A DNA stretch of 53,281 nucleotides from Acanthaster planci (lineage: Eukaryota): positions 3,777,159-3,830,439 of the forward strand of contig NW_019091359.1 of NCBI RefSeq assembly GCF_001949145.1, written 5' to 3'. The notes below the pieces were generated by a model. It did no database searches. It saw only the letters and a list, made by a program, of their open reading frames with translations, and was not told the origin of the DNA. Positions 12,911 through 25,976 of the stretch are shown piece after piece (the stretch's first letter is position 1; every line of letters starts with the position of its first letter). Position numbers and translations under genes: made by a program.

Positions 12911-14220
12911 CCCAAGTCAGACAGGTCTGCCCGAAAAATACAAGCAGAAAAATAATGAAATAAACTCGAAAGAAATTAACAATCCGTAGTTGCTGGAATT
13001 TCAACGACGAAAACCGACATCGATATTGCAATGGATGTCAAATCAATATTAGCTTTTGGTTTTACCCCATCGTCGCCTGAAAAGGCGCTTAGGCCATCCT
13101 GCCCCCTCCCCTACGGTAACTCCCGTTATACTTAAGTTTGATCAGGCTGACTGAAACTTAATGTTGTCATTTTAATTAATCCGTGCCTCATTGGCCAGCA
13201 GTTTAATACCGAAACTCGGAGTTACAAAATGGCATAGTCAAGTAGCTCCCTTTTCAAACTCAATACTTCCAAAATGTACCTGTTATTTCAAACAAGTTTG
13301 TAGGTTATGGGTAGTTCAGTAAAGCCTCCTGGGGGATGAGGGCATAAAACCAGACCCTTCCTCCCCAAAAAGTAATTCGACAAACACGACTGACATACAA
13401 GAAAATGTCAAAGTGATCATAATCTTACAAAACATGCAGTTTTACTAGTTAGTTCCTGAATGTTGCACACACAAAGACGGTACACGTACGTTATATGTAA
13501 CCGGAACTTGAGGGCGCTATTTCAAATTAATGTGGGAGAGGATGCATTTCACCAAATGGTTGGATTTCTGCGCGCGTGCTCATTAATAATTTGTGATCCC
13601 TCGTTGTTTTTACGATAAGACATGCCATAATCAGGAGGGACATAGAAATATTGCCATGAATCTCGAATGAATTTTGGACTGGTAGCTTCCAGGTCGGTGG
13701 TTTTGGGAGTAACTTGAATCTCCGGTTCCAGTGGTTTTTGTGTTCTTTTTTTTTTTTTTACGATTTTCATGGATCACCGTCACACTGGACTGTAAAAAAG
13801 GGACTAATGGGAAAATGCAAGGATTAATACGAGGAACCACAATTGTGAAGGCCTACAATATTGAAAACGAATTATAATATGACCGAAAAAGTGCTTTTCA
13901 GAGAAGGAATTTGCTGTAAACAGGTTGAGTCCGGAGAGCCATACACCGCACATCAGATCCACCACACAAGCACGTGTTATTTTCCTGAACTATTGGGCTA
14001 ATGATTGGGCTGTCATTTCATGCTTGTAAAGGAAAAAAGAGAGCCCCCCCCAAGGCAAAAATGGTGAGTCTTTCATATAACACTGTGAAAGAGTTGGAAC
14101 GTATAGGCAGGTGTATCAACTGGGACGTCACTTAAGTTTTAACTAGGTCCACTGCACATGCACTGTGTGCATATGGAGTTACTTGTATACGCCCAACTTC
14201 AACTATCGACCAACGGGAGT

Positions 14221-14945
14221 CTATTTCCCGCTCCGAGCATGCAGGAATAAAAGGGGGCCGGGCGTGTTTTGAAATGAAATCGACAGTCCTTTGGTACTCA
14301 CGCACCGCATAGATGGGCAAGTTTATGCACCTTGAGGGTGCACCCTCGCAAAAGGCCCTAAAACGTCCGCCGAGATCATTAATAAAAGTTATACACTCAA
14401 AATATTCTATATTAGAGAGTCCTGAGAGCCATGAAATTGAGGAATTGGAGAAATATGGCACTCAACCTCTGGCCCGGACTTTGGGCTTCAAATTCTGAGC
14501 AATTTGGATGCAGTCGGATCCGAAAATGATGGCACTATTTGGCCGTTTTGCAGAGGGGTGGTAGGCTGATAGGCCATATTCAAGAGGCATCATAGAAATA
14601 GTTCTACCAATCCCGAATTTAGGACTGATAGTTTCCAGTTCGGGGTATTTCTTTCACTAAAAGCCCGAAATTGCGGACCTATTTTGGATAGAGGCGTGCG
14701 GCTACATTCAGAAGTGAGCGCTTAGTTTAACTTCTGTTTTAGGAGTATCTTCGTTCAAAGGCGAATAAACAGTATTTTCTTAGCTAAACCCATGAAATTG
14801 AAACGAAAAGTGATCTTCTGGCCATAATCCTCAATTTTCAGTGAAAAAACGGAGGCCAACCTCTTCACGAGAGTCAACAGGCGACGCTATTTCGGTCCGA
14901 TTTGCACTGTTTTCTACGGGCGCGTATTTGGTGTAGTGCAACCTT
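14221..14945 (+). mobile_element. Internally deleted copy of the same repeat family (module D joined to module A)
   Basis: Starts ctatttcccgctccgagcatgcaggaataaaagggggccggg exactly as at 11362, then switches to module A near 14570. Confidence 0.8.
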
Positions 14946-17269
14946 ATGCCTGTGCTGTGAGTACCAAAAACCACGCCCTGGTTTGTTCCGCTCTGAGAGA
15001 ACATAAATTGAACTGGTGGTGATGCGGGGAGCGTAAAATTGCTTCATTCTGCATGAACAACGCGGACGCCTACGCGAATGGGTGATCTCGTAAGTGTGTG
15101 TACGTCACATGGTACATGCCACCCCGTTCTTGTGCAAACTTGGCGTAGCGTACAAGAACAGGCTTGGCACCTCTAGCTGTACCTAGACATTTAAACGCAT
15201 AGATCGCCGGTCTTGCGCGTGTAACTGCTTTTGAAAAGTGTGGTCAAACAATGAGCAAAGCGACTGATGACAGCGTGTTCAGTGCGCATTACGCTCAACA
15301 CTCATTGCTCGTCAGAACTACTAGGCCTAAATTTTATAACCGCATTGTTACAAATTCCTTAGGGCCAGATAAAGTAAATAAACTTTTTTTCACGATCAAA
15401 AAAATTGGTTTCATGGAATTTTATTGCTGGAATTCTTCAACTGTGCATAAATTCCCTATACTTAGGGGTGAACTTGCCCGTAGTTTTTATTTTAGTCGGG
15501 TGCTGCGCAGATCACAAAAACCTCTGTAGTTTTGAATAGGACATGGCATGACCTATGAGCCGTACCAAAGATTAGCGCCGCCCAGTGGCGTAAGATGGAG
15601 AACTACACCGTGAATACGCGTAATTACGCGTATTACCGTTGTTGTCGCAAGGGCGGCATTTGCGTGTGAATACGCTATGTTCAGCAACAGGCGCAGGCGC
15701 CGCCGCAACAGGCACGCACACATGCCTACGCCAAATACGTGCCCTTAAACAGTGAAAATCAGACTGAAATAGCACCACCTGTTGACTCTCCGTTTTTCAG
15801 TGGAAATTCAAGATTGTGGCCAGAAGATCACTTTTCGCTTCAATTTGATGGGGGTTAGCCACGAAAAAAAAATTATTCGCCTTTTCCCCCGAAGATACCC
15901 CCAAAATAGTAATAAAATATGCGCTCAGCTCTGAAGGTAGCTGCCCGCCTCTATCCAAAATAGGCCCGCAATTTGGGGCTTTTTTGTAAACGAAATACCC
16001 CAAGCTGGAAGCCACCAGTCCCAAATTCAGGATTTATAGAAATATTTCTATAATCCCTCCTGATTATGGCATGTCTTATCGTAAAAACCCCGAGGGATCA
16101 CAAATTATTGAGCTCGCGCCAACTTCTCCCACGTTAATTTGAAATAGCGCCCACAGGTTTTGGCTCACATTATTACATACGTGTACTGTCTTGTTTGTGT
16201 GACATTCAGGAAGTTAAGAGTAAAACTGTGTGTTTTGTGAGATTATGATCACTGTGAAATTTTCTTGTATGTCTGTCGTGTTTGCCGAATTACTTTTTTG
16301 GGGGGGGCCTGGGGTCTGGTTTTATGCCCTCATCCCCCAGGAGGCTTTACTGAACTACCCATAACATACAAACCGGTTTGAAATAACAGGTACATTTTGG
16401 AAGTATTGGGTTTGAAAAGGGAGCTACTTGACTATGCCATTTTTGTAACTCCGAATTCAGATATTAAACTTATGGCCAATGAGGCACGGATTAATTAAGA
16501 TGACAACATTAAGTTTCAGTCAGCCTGATCCAAATTAAATCTAACATGGGTTACTGTGGGGGAATACTGAATGGCCTCTGCGCGGCCCTTTCAGGCGACA
16601 ATGGGTTAAAACCAAAAGCTAATACTGATTTGACATCCGTTGCAATATCGATGTCGTTTTCCGTTGTTGAAATTCCAGCAACTAGGGATTGCTTGTTTCT
16701 TTTGAGTTTATTTCATTTTTTTCCTGCTTGTATTTTTCGAGCAGACCTGTCTAACTATGGATGGATGGATGAACCATTCACAAGAAAAGGAGCGGCAGAT
16801 GCAATACATTTTTTGGTTGCAACTTTTGGGGTAACCCAAGAAGATATGGGACGTATCTTTTGTGAGAATTTTTCTTTGAAAATATCAAATTACTCTGCAG
16901 TTGAAAGCGAACGAAATTTGTTGTTATTAACAAATGAAAATGTATTTTAATCAATAAAATAGGAAGGCGAGTGCCGCCCGACTGTGCCACCCCTGGATCT
17001 CTTACTATTGAATCACCAATAACAAACATTATGCGCCGGACAGCTTTTATACTGAGATAACTGAGAAGAAATGGGCCCAACACGGTCGGGATCAGTTTCA
17101 GTTTCATGAAAAAAAATATGTGGTGAGGGGAAAATCCAAAAGTTATGCGGTGTTGACCAAGCATTCAGGTGCACGGACTCCTGAAATTCGCAAGGAATCG
17201 CAGTTACCGGCTTCCATATAGGACTCTTCTGGGTCTCGGGTTCCCGGCCAACCGCACTTCCTCCCTGCC

Positions 17270-17381
17270 NNNNNNNNNNNNNNNNNNNNNNNNNNNNNNN
17301 NNNNNNNNNNNNNNNNNNNNNNNNNNNNNNNNNNNNNNNNNNNNNNNNNNNNNNNNNNNNNNNNNNNNNNNNNNNNNNNNN
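17270..17381. other. Assembly gap
   Basis: Run of N. Confidence 1.
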
Positions 17382-17449
17382 GTACTGCTGGTATTTGACG
17401 GGGGTGAATTGGAGTCTCTTATAGCTACTGACAGCAAGCGTCGGAAAAA

Positions 17450-17531
17450 TTAAAAAAAGCCACTTCTGGGATTCGAACCGACCGTCTAACGATCTGATGA
17501 CCGCAAGCTTAACCACTCGGCCATCTCTGAA
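17450..17531 (-). repeat. Second copy of the tRNA-like segment
   Basis: A box at 17513-17523 and B box at 17468-17479 on the minus strand, identical to those at 12223 and 12267. Confidence 0.65.
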
Positions 17532-18759
17532 ATACTGTTTTTCGCTGTTCATGTTAATTAAGGAGATAACAAAGTCATTCAACTTTCTGCACAGAATGTT
17601 GCTGATCAAATACTGAGTGATTGAAACGTTATCCGCCCTGAGCACTCTCGCCGGCGAAAGAAAGACAGGTGGCACTAAGTTTTCCAACCGGGTTCTTATA
17701 CGCGTTCAGCGTGCATGCAAAGACCACACATTCTGTACTAAAATCGTTGCGGGTACTCAGCGTTTTCTGCGTCAACGCTGTCAAGTGTGTATTTGCCTGC
17801 AACTGGGGACCCCCTATTGTTCCTCTTTTGTTTGTACTTTAACTTTTTTAGAAGACTACCCATATTTTTTGTACACGGTTGTCAATCGGGGACCTTATTG
17901 TCCTCTATTACAGGACCTACTTTTTAGGGTTAATGCTTGGACAGCATAGCCCTCTTCCCATATCCACATTCCCTTCTACTGGCATTTAAATTGATCAGAG
18001 GGTGTCCCAAAGTGCCTACAAATAAAAAAAACCGCACAAAAAAAGGTCAGAGTACGGTCACGGTACCCTTTTTCCAGTCAAGGGGGGGGGGTCCCATCAC
18101 AGTCAACAAAAATTTGACACCCCCCCAACGCAGTGAAACTACTCAGACAGCTGTCTAGATAGCTCAAAGACACATCAGAGAGACCAACCATTGATATAAG
18201 ACAGGCCCAGGCTTGCCCAGGCACTTGGTTTGTCAATAACCATTATCAACACTTGGACAAAGGCAATTTATGTTTCTAGTCATTTCGCAATACTAGCCGT
18301 CACTTGCCTTTTTTTTAAAAAGAAATTTATGCTGTTGTTTGTCAGCAAATGTCACCGGCGGGGAAGGGTTGGAGCGCTAGACGGCTCAGCGAATTTAAGT
18401 TCTTATAACGAGTACAAGGTGCACACACAGTGCGTTTTAGTGAACGAAGCACAATGTAGTTGAGATCCTACTAATGGCCTCACTAAGCTGAAATTCGCCG
18501 ATCGTATACATGATCGATATTGTTGTCCACTGGTGTAGCTGCTTTTAATCGTAACGCCCAATTTTTTGTGGCACTGAACAGTACAAGTCCGTAACAGGCT
18601 TCTTAAATTATGGTTACATTTGCAGCGTGCGCCATATATTTGTGACCGGCAAACATTAAGCTCGGGAAGGGGCCTTCCTGCATGCTTGTTTAAGTTTTTG
18701 TCTGCTAGCCACTACTCGCCTGTTGAATGTTCCAGTACAATGTAAAGTTTGCAGCAGCA

Positions 18760-18926
18760 AGCAGAAGGCGGCGCGTGAGATATCGTTGGCTCGTGGTGGC
18801 GCTATTTTTTCGGCTGGTTCGCTTTCATGTTAGGGCAGCGCCGGGTACCAGTCCCAGATACGTGCATTCACCACGGCCCTAGCTAGATCTGAGCCGGGCG
18901 TTTCCGCGTTGGAAGGAAGTCTGAAC
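18760..18926 (+). promoter_or_regulatory. Putative ARPC4 promoter / 5'UTR
   Basis: Locally GC/CpG-rich stretch (ggcggcgcg, ggtggcgcta, ggaaggaagt) directly upstream of ATG|gtgaga. Confidence 0.5.
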
Positions 18927-18929
18927 ATG
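18927..18929 (+). CDS. ARPC4: ARPC4 exon 1 (ATG only)
   Basis: aacATG|gtgaga in a GC-rich context; exon 2 lacks the initiator Met. Confidence 0.75.
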
Positions 18930-21900
18930 GTGAGAACAGTGTGTCAATTCTGCCATTTTAAGATCAAAATTTAGCTTGGCTGATTTCTGAGGATTTAATG
19001 TCGTGAAAGAGGACTATTGCATTTCCTTTTCTATTGATACGGCTTGTCTTTGGCATTGTTTTGACTTCACTTGGGAGTTTCCCGACACTCGACGTAGTCG
19101 AGAACAACTTCCTACTTCACCTAGCTGCCAGTAGTAGGCCCATAGACTATAGTATAGGCCTAGGCCCTACTTATGGCCTCGGCCAAGCCCAGGTTGGACG
19201 TTGTCTTTATTTCATTACATAGTTCGATCAGGGAGTCCACCTGGGCTAGGCCTCTGCCTAACGTTATGTGTCTCATTTTGTGTTATCAGTAAATTTAAAC
19301 GTGTGTCGAATACCAAATTTGTGTTTGTTTAATTCTTGTTTTGCAACACAGATTGAGCGGAAAATGCATTTCACACCCCTTGCAATTTTTTGTGGGAGAG
19401 AATGGGAATTCAAAATAGAGAACAGTTCTCGCTATCGGAGGTTGTTCCATTTATTATACTCACGTCTGGGCAAAGGGGCCACTCTCCATTCACTTTGTAC
19501 TGGAAGTTTTATGTTTTTCTCCTTTTTTTGCCGCAACTTGATAAAAGATAACTGAAACCTTTTCAGTACAGTGTGGGAGTGGATAAATAGTGAAATTTGG
19601 GCATATTTGACATTTTCATGAAAAGGTTAAGAGTGTAGTCAGTAATTAAGATTTCCCCATAGACTGCAACACTATATTTGTCCCTTTGAGTTTTGAGTGT
19701 GAAAGATGGACTAGCCACCAACTGACCAATCAGAGAGAAGAATCAAGACTCAGTGTCATCCGGACCGTGAGAATAGACAAGTTGTGATTGACTACAATAA
19801 CCTTAATAACTGTGCAGTGCTGTAACTATAGAAGTTGGAAGTTTTGTTACAGTAACTGTAACTTTAGCCAAATGGATGAAAATCAAAGAAAATGATTAAA
19901 CAGACTCATGGCACTGCACTGCATGTGTACCAAGCCTATTCACCATGTTCACGGTTCGCGTTAAACCAAAGGCCCTAAAAGTTGAGGTTTAAATTATCAC
20001 CTATCCTCGTTGATCATGGGATATTGTGATATCCCCATCATGCCAATCAGTATGCATGCTGTTCAGTGAACTCATTGTACCAGGTTCCAGCCTGCTCTGC
20101 ATGCATTTTCTCTTCCTCTTTTGTCACTAAAATCTCAGTCAGATGGTATGTGTACTTTCCACTTTTTCCGCTTTCCCTAATCCCTATTTTGGGTACCAAT
20201 AGATTCACACCCCTGTTAAAAAATCGGGAATGAAGTCCGAGATCAGTAGACTGATATGGTTCCCATTTCCAATGCACCAGGCTGTTGCAACAAAAATAGA
20301 CAGCAGCCTGTCTCAACTTCCATAACTACATGTACATGTATAGCCACTGCATGTTTTTACCTCTAGGCCTTATTTCTTTTATAGCAGTATTAACTGTTCC
20401 AAATATAACATCTGTCCCACTGTAGTTAGGACAGTCCTAACTACAGTGTTGCTGTTGGGCTAGCCCAACAGTGTGTATAGCACTAGCAGACGAGCAACCA
20501 CCCTCCGGGCTCCGGCAGGAAGCTTGATAACATGGTTAACCGGTTCCTCAGGGGTATGAATTTGTTGCGCCATTTTGGTCTCCACCATGCCTTGCACGAT
20601 CTTAAGGTTGTGAATGAATGCATGCGTGCAGCCCTTGAGTCAAGTGCCAATGTGTGCCATAGCATTTGCCAGCATCATTTCATTGACTCATGCAGCAGAA
20701 ACTAGTTTCATTTGTGTTAAGGATGAAATGACAGGTTGGTGTATTTTGGATGAATTCTGTTGGGTATGAGCCGTATTTAATTTGAGAAATTCTCCACAGA
20801 AGTTGCCTACTGTCGTTGAGCAGTGTGCTGATTTTCGTCAATGGTCACAAATAAATTTATCTCTGTTGTAAACATGTTGATGCTTTCTGAAATTGATTTC
20901 CTGTTATTTTAAATCGTCAGGAATAGAAAATGAAAGAATTTGGCCACCTTTCCTTGAACACAACTGTTTAAACACTTGCTTATTCAAGAGTTTCCTGTGT
21001 GCAGTTGTAAAAACATTGAATGAAGAATTAATAAAGAGATAACATGCACAAGCCTGATTGTGGAAGACCGGACCATTTTAAACCATATACACCCAAATTT
21101 GTAGTTAATTTTAAATACATGAACCTAAGGAAGGACTCACAATTACACTTAATGTAATTTTGAAAAAAAATTACTTCATGTGTTGAGACAACTCTAAACG
21201 AAATGGAGAACAGTTATCACAGATTTTACATTGCATAAAGTAGTAAATCACTGAATGAAGCAAAGTGCTTTTCAATATTTTGTTTATTGTAATAGCCGTT
21301 GATGCACATGTAGGTGACAAAATGATACAAAACCTATATTAAGTTTGAAATTGAAATTGGAATTTAAGCATACAGGAAGAAAAAAAGTGTCTCAACACTG
21401 CATTTTCCATTTCCAGTGATCTCTGTCATTGAAAACATGTTTCAAATTTGGTTATTTATGACTGTGCAACAAGCAGATGGCATTCAGATTCCGACCCGCA
21501 CACGTACACATCCTCTTCAATAATTTACTGTCGTTAAGTAATCAAATCTGGAGATTTGAAGAATTGTTCTTGTAAATGTTTCTCAAATTAGTATACATAC
21601 ATGCTTAAGGTTATGTATTATTTTTACCTATTGTATGTCACTCTGCCAATAGCATAATAGACATCTCACATCTGTAAGCTTAAGTGCTGTGTTATCAATC
21701 ATTTGTTGGATTTTGTTGGACTCATGAGGCATTTATTATATCAACACTTTTTGATTTCTTTTTTTTGTGGGGATGAAGGCTAATTTTGTCGTCATTGATC
21801 AAGAACGTAGTATACATGTAATCAAAGTTGTGAGATTAAGGGATTAGGTGAACTTCTGGTGAATTTGGCAAACTTCACTTGGTAACATCTGCCCATGTTA

Positions 21901-24900
21901 AACTTTGCATGCCATAATTTCGGAGTTTTTCTGGTGAATGTCCCCCGAATCACATCATGTTGTTTCTGCAGAAAGGGTTATGAGAGCTTAATCCTGCACA
22001 TACATGTACACTTACCCAAGTAAATTGCATGCAAATGTTTCTAAACTTTGAGATACATACTGTACATGTATGATCTTCCAACATTTTCAAAAGGGTTTGA
22101 TGTTTGACATCACATTATTCAGCCTTACATTTACATGTGCATGCATGACCACTACAAATGTGTATTTAAGTCCTGTCCTGTTCATACTTCCTGCTAGTGT
22201 AGTGAAGGGTGTGCTATTGTAGAAATGGTGGTTGGTGAATGTACTACTTGTACAATGGCAAGATATACTGTACATGTACATTGTTGTACATGTACAATAG
22301 CCAACACTGGCAACGTGTCCTTTAGTGACTACGGATAATCCACTGAGTCTTGTGTCTGTTGTAGACTTCCCCTTCTTACATGTACATGTATATATGTCTA
22401 CGGAATCGATAACAGAATTAAGAAAAACATCATAACTTAAAAAAAAAAATGTGTGGCACATGAATTAATAAACGTTAAGCAGTATGGTTTTCCAAACGCC
22501 TCATTAACTGCATTGAAATACACACTGTTCTACAGATGAAAGCAATACATGTACTTCATGAGGCACCTAGCCAAAGAAGTTCCAACCAAGTTCAATAAGA
22601 ACTTAAATAAGCTTATATTTGGCATTTACTCCTACTTCAGACCCAGTCAGTCTTTTTTTTCAAAATTTAAATACTTCATTGTGCATTTGTGAAACGTGGT
22701 AAAGTTAACATCTGAAAGAAACTTTTAAAATGAGTAATGAGAATATGTATCATTTGTGTTCTTTACTCGTGTGTGTTTGTTTTGTTTCTTCAGGCTGCCA
22801 CACTGAGACCCTATCTACAAGCTGTAAGGGCAACCTTACAGGCTTCTATGTGCCTTGAAAACTTCTCCTCGCAGGTTGTAGAAAGACATAACAAACCAGA
22901 GGTGGAAGTCAGGTGGGTGTGAAAGGAACATTTACTATCAGATTTGTCACAATTGTTAACCTGAAGAGACAGCAATCAAAGCATGAATCTCAAAAGCTGC
23001 ACTCACTGTACAGTTGTTCAGAATAGATATTGACTCTGAACATCTTGATTGATTTTTGTTGGCTCAACAGGAGTGGAAAGGAGTTGCTCCTTATGCCAGT
23101 AGTCATCAGCCGAAATGAGAAAGAAAAAGTTCTGATTGAAGGATCAATTAACTCAATCAGAATAAGCATTGGTATTAAACAAGTAAGTCACAGAACTATT
23201 CCGTCCAAGGCATATTCTCAAGTTGCCCGGTACACTTCAAGTTTAAAGACTTAGTTCTAATTTTAATGCAATATTGTGTATGATTTTTGTTGGTTTTATT
23301 ATAGCAATTATCAATTTTTCTTAATTTCCTTGTGATTGCTGTAATTTTAAAGCTTTGTAGTGTTAAGTGCTGAGGAGCATTTGCTTGTTAATGGATTGGT
23401 GCTTAATGAATGTTTTATTATTATCATCATTATTAGACTTGATCATTTTTTTTCTTGGTTTTCATCCTATTTTTTTTAAGGCTGATGAAATTGAGAAGAT
23501 CTTGTGTCACAAGTTCATGCGCTTCATGATGCTTAGGGCGGAAAACTTTTTTATTCTCCGACGAAAGCCTGTTGAGGTATGAAAGAATTTCACCTTACTT
23601 TGACTTCAGGGTAATATTTGCTTTTATTTATGTTTTCCAGTCTGTCATCAGAAACCTTATAATCTTGTGACAAATTTTTAAGGTATAAATTTTTCAATAT
23701 TAAAGATAGCCCGAAAGCCCTGTACTAAGTAGTATGCCAAATCGATCACAAAAATCATGTTGGAGACTGTTGATAACGACGTTTACGTAATATAGCAAGC
23801 ACATGAATACACAATTTTCACAATTGCCTGAGACTGCATTTGAGTTTTATTGCCAGCAAATGTTTCTCTTAATGCAGTAGTTGGAATGCTAGATATTAAA
23901 AGCATTTTTAACAAAGTATTAAAAATTTCGATAATGTAACATCTGCAACAATATGAATAGTTGATTATGTGTTCTCTGTAAATTTCTGTTAATTGTAAAT
24001 TTAACTGAACCTAAATTAAACCACCAGGTTACAGTTCCATATCAGTTAAAAAGCTCTTTTCTTGTCCCACTCAGTATCACTGGCCCTAAATATGCCCCAT
24101 TCCAATTTTTACCATTTTGTCTGTACATCAAATTCAAAAAGCAAAGTGAGTTTTAACGGCATGAAATATTTGCTGCTAAGTTGCTCGAGATGAAATGTGT
24201 TCAACTTCTGTAAATTTGTAATGCCAGTATTTCATTTGACTCTTGATTTTTTTCACTTTCACACCAGGTATGAACTGACTTGAACTAAAAAGGAAGTTTT
24301 TAACATGTTTCAGTTTAAAAATTGATATTTTGTAACAAAATGGTCATTTTGTGGAAGTACTTAGGAATCATAACTTTGGGAAGGAGGTCTGTATTCCCAA
24401 TCTCCTGTTTCTTCATTTGGCAGGGTTATGATATCAGCTTCCTCATAACCAACTTCCACACGGAGCAAATGTACAAGGACAAGTTAGTAGACTTTGTCAT
24501 CCAGTTTATGGAAGAAATTGACAAGGAGATCAGTGAGATGAAACTTAGTGTCAATGCCAGGGCCCGTATTGTTGCAGAGGAATTTCTGAAAAAGGTAAGC
24601 ATATCTTGGTGGCATTCCTCTAATGTTGGAGTGGTCATGCTCGAGTTTGAGATACGTGCATACTGCAAGAACAGTGGCATTTAATTATACATGTGTATGG
24701 AGTTTGATTGTTTCAATGCTGTTGTGAAGCAAGTTGTACATTATAAGGTATTGAAAGTTCAAAAAATTCTCACTTAATATCAACATGCCTTCTTCAAAAG
24801 CAAGTTCAAATGATACCTAGTTGGAAAAAGCAATGGAAATAGTGTGCTTTGCTTTGAGAAGAACAACCAGTTTTAAAAGACAGGAGGGAAACATTTCAGT

Positions 24901-24989
24901 CATTCACATTTTGTCCAAAGGTTTTTTCAACTGTTGGAAAATGCTAGTCTTTACATACCTTTTTTTTTATTCTTTCTCTCCAGTTTTAA
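18927..24989 (+). CDS. ARPC4: Actin-related protein 2/3 complex subunit 4 (p20-Arc), complete gene, 168 aa
   Basis: join(18927-18929,22794-22912,23071-23182,23481-23576,24424-24594,24984-24989) = 507 nt, all [20 protein letters not shown]...[12 protein letters not shown]...[14 protein letters not shown]. Confidence 0.97.
22794..22912 (+). CDS. ARPC4: ARPC4 exon 2
   Basis: cag|[40 protein letters not shown]|gtgggt. Confidence 0.97.
23071..23182 (+). CDS. ARPC4: ARPC4 exon 3
   Basis: [37 protein letters not shown]|gtaagt. Confidence 0.97.
23481..23576 (+). CDS. ARPC4: ARPC4 exon 4
   Basis: [32 protein letters not shown]|gtatga. Confidence 0.97.
24424..24594 (+). CDS. ARPC4: ARPC4 exon 5
   Basis: [24 protein letters not shown]...[13 protein letters not shown]|gtaagc. 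Confidence 0.97.
24984..24989 (+). CDS. ARPC4: ARPC4 exon 6 (F + stop)
   Basis: Strong polypyrimidine tract, then ccag|TTT TAA. Confidence 0.88.
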   Translation, partial: F

Positions 24990-25970
24990 GATATTAGATG
25001 CAGCTTAATGGAAGCTAATAAGGGGCAGCTAAAGATGTGATCACTCTTTTCTGTTTGAAGCACCAGACATCATAGGAGAAAACAAGCTGTTTTGTAGGTT
25101 TGGCTTTATTACACGTAAATAGGATCCTGTATACAGGGGATTTTGGAACCGTGTTCATGACTTCATAACTTCCTTCAACCAGGTACATAGACGTGTTTGG
25201 GTGTCAGTTGTACATCTATCAAGTGCTACAGTTGAGATGGTCTGCAACACATTTACTTTGTTAAATGGCAAAGTTTTCCAAGTATTTCTCGACAAATTAA
25301 GGCATTTTTGCTTTGCTGTCATTTTGAGGAGACACTCTTCTTTTCACAGGTTATCTGTTCAAATTGTAAACTCTAAATTTGCCTACTGAAAGGTATTTGT
25401 GAGAAAACTTTTGCTCACTGGCCCACTTTGATACATGTACACTGAAACAACTTGAAACTACCCCCCCAAAAAACCCAAAATAACACAGCAAAATAGCCTA
25501 ACTTTTGGCAAATTCTAGTACAGAAATAAGCTGTAATATTTAGGGCCTTTAAATAGTCTGTGTCAAGGGGAAAATCTTGTGTATGTTCTGTTCAAACTTG
25601 AATGCTCCTTTCAGGAATATTTGTGTTCCCTTTTGAGAATTCGTAGTGGTCCTACATATTCCTATTGGGAACGTGCCATTCCCAAGTTGACATTCACCGC
25701 TATCCAAGTTACATGTATGCCCTGTAAGAACGAAGTGTTCCCGAAATGCAACAAGTAATTGCTGTCAATGGAACATTCTATAGCATTCCAATTTTTGAGA
25801 TTTTCCCTGAACTAGATTTTGAGGTGAAAGAACTTGAACTTGAAATATTTCTTTTACCTGTTACAATTCTTTTGGGGGAGTTAAGGCTCTCTAAAAAGAC
25901 AATTACATGTAACTCAGAATGGCTTTCAGTTACCAAGGAGAAGTAGTAAAGATCAGTCAGAGATTCTAAC

Positions 25971-25976
25971 AATAAA
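25971..25976 (+). terminator. Candidate ARPC4 polyadenylation signal
   Basis: AATAAA about 1 kb after the stop, followed by T-rich sequence; alternatives exist (e.g. 26091). Confidence 0.35.

Larger units (their letters stand above)
11362..13692 (+). mobile_element. Longest copy of a non-autonomous repeat family (modules D-C-[gap]-B-partial A)
   Basis: 11362-11710 is directly repeated at 14221-14545; 11960-13692 is inverted relative to 16004-17775; no transposase ORF seen. Confidence 0.75.
15725..17775 (-). mobile_element. Inverted copy of the same repeat family (modules C-E-B-A)
   Basis: Reverse complement aligns to 11960-12310, 12915-13692 and 9365-9750. Confidence 0.8.

Noticed and set aside
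12164..13031. Long ORFs spanning N-runs (also 17013-17687 and 38418-39420)
   Set aside because: Artefacts of assembly gaps translated as X
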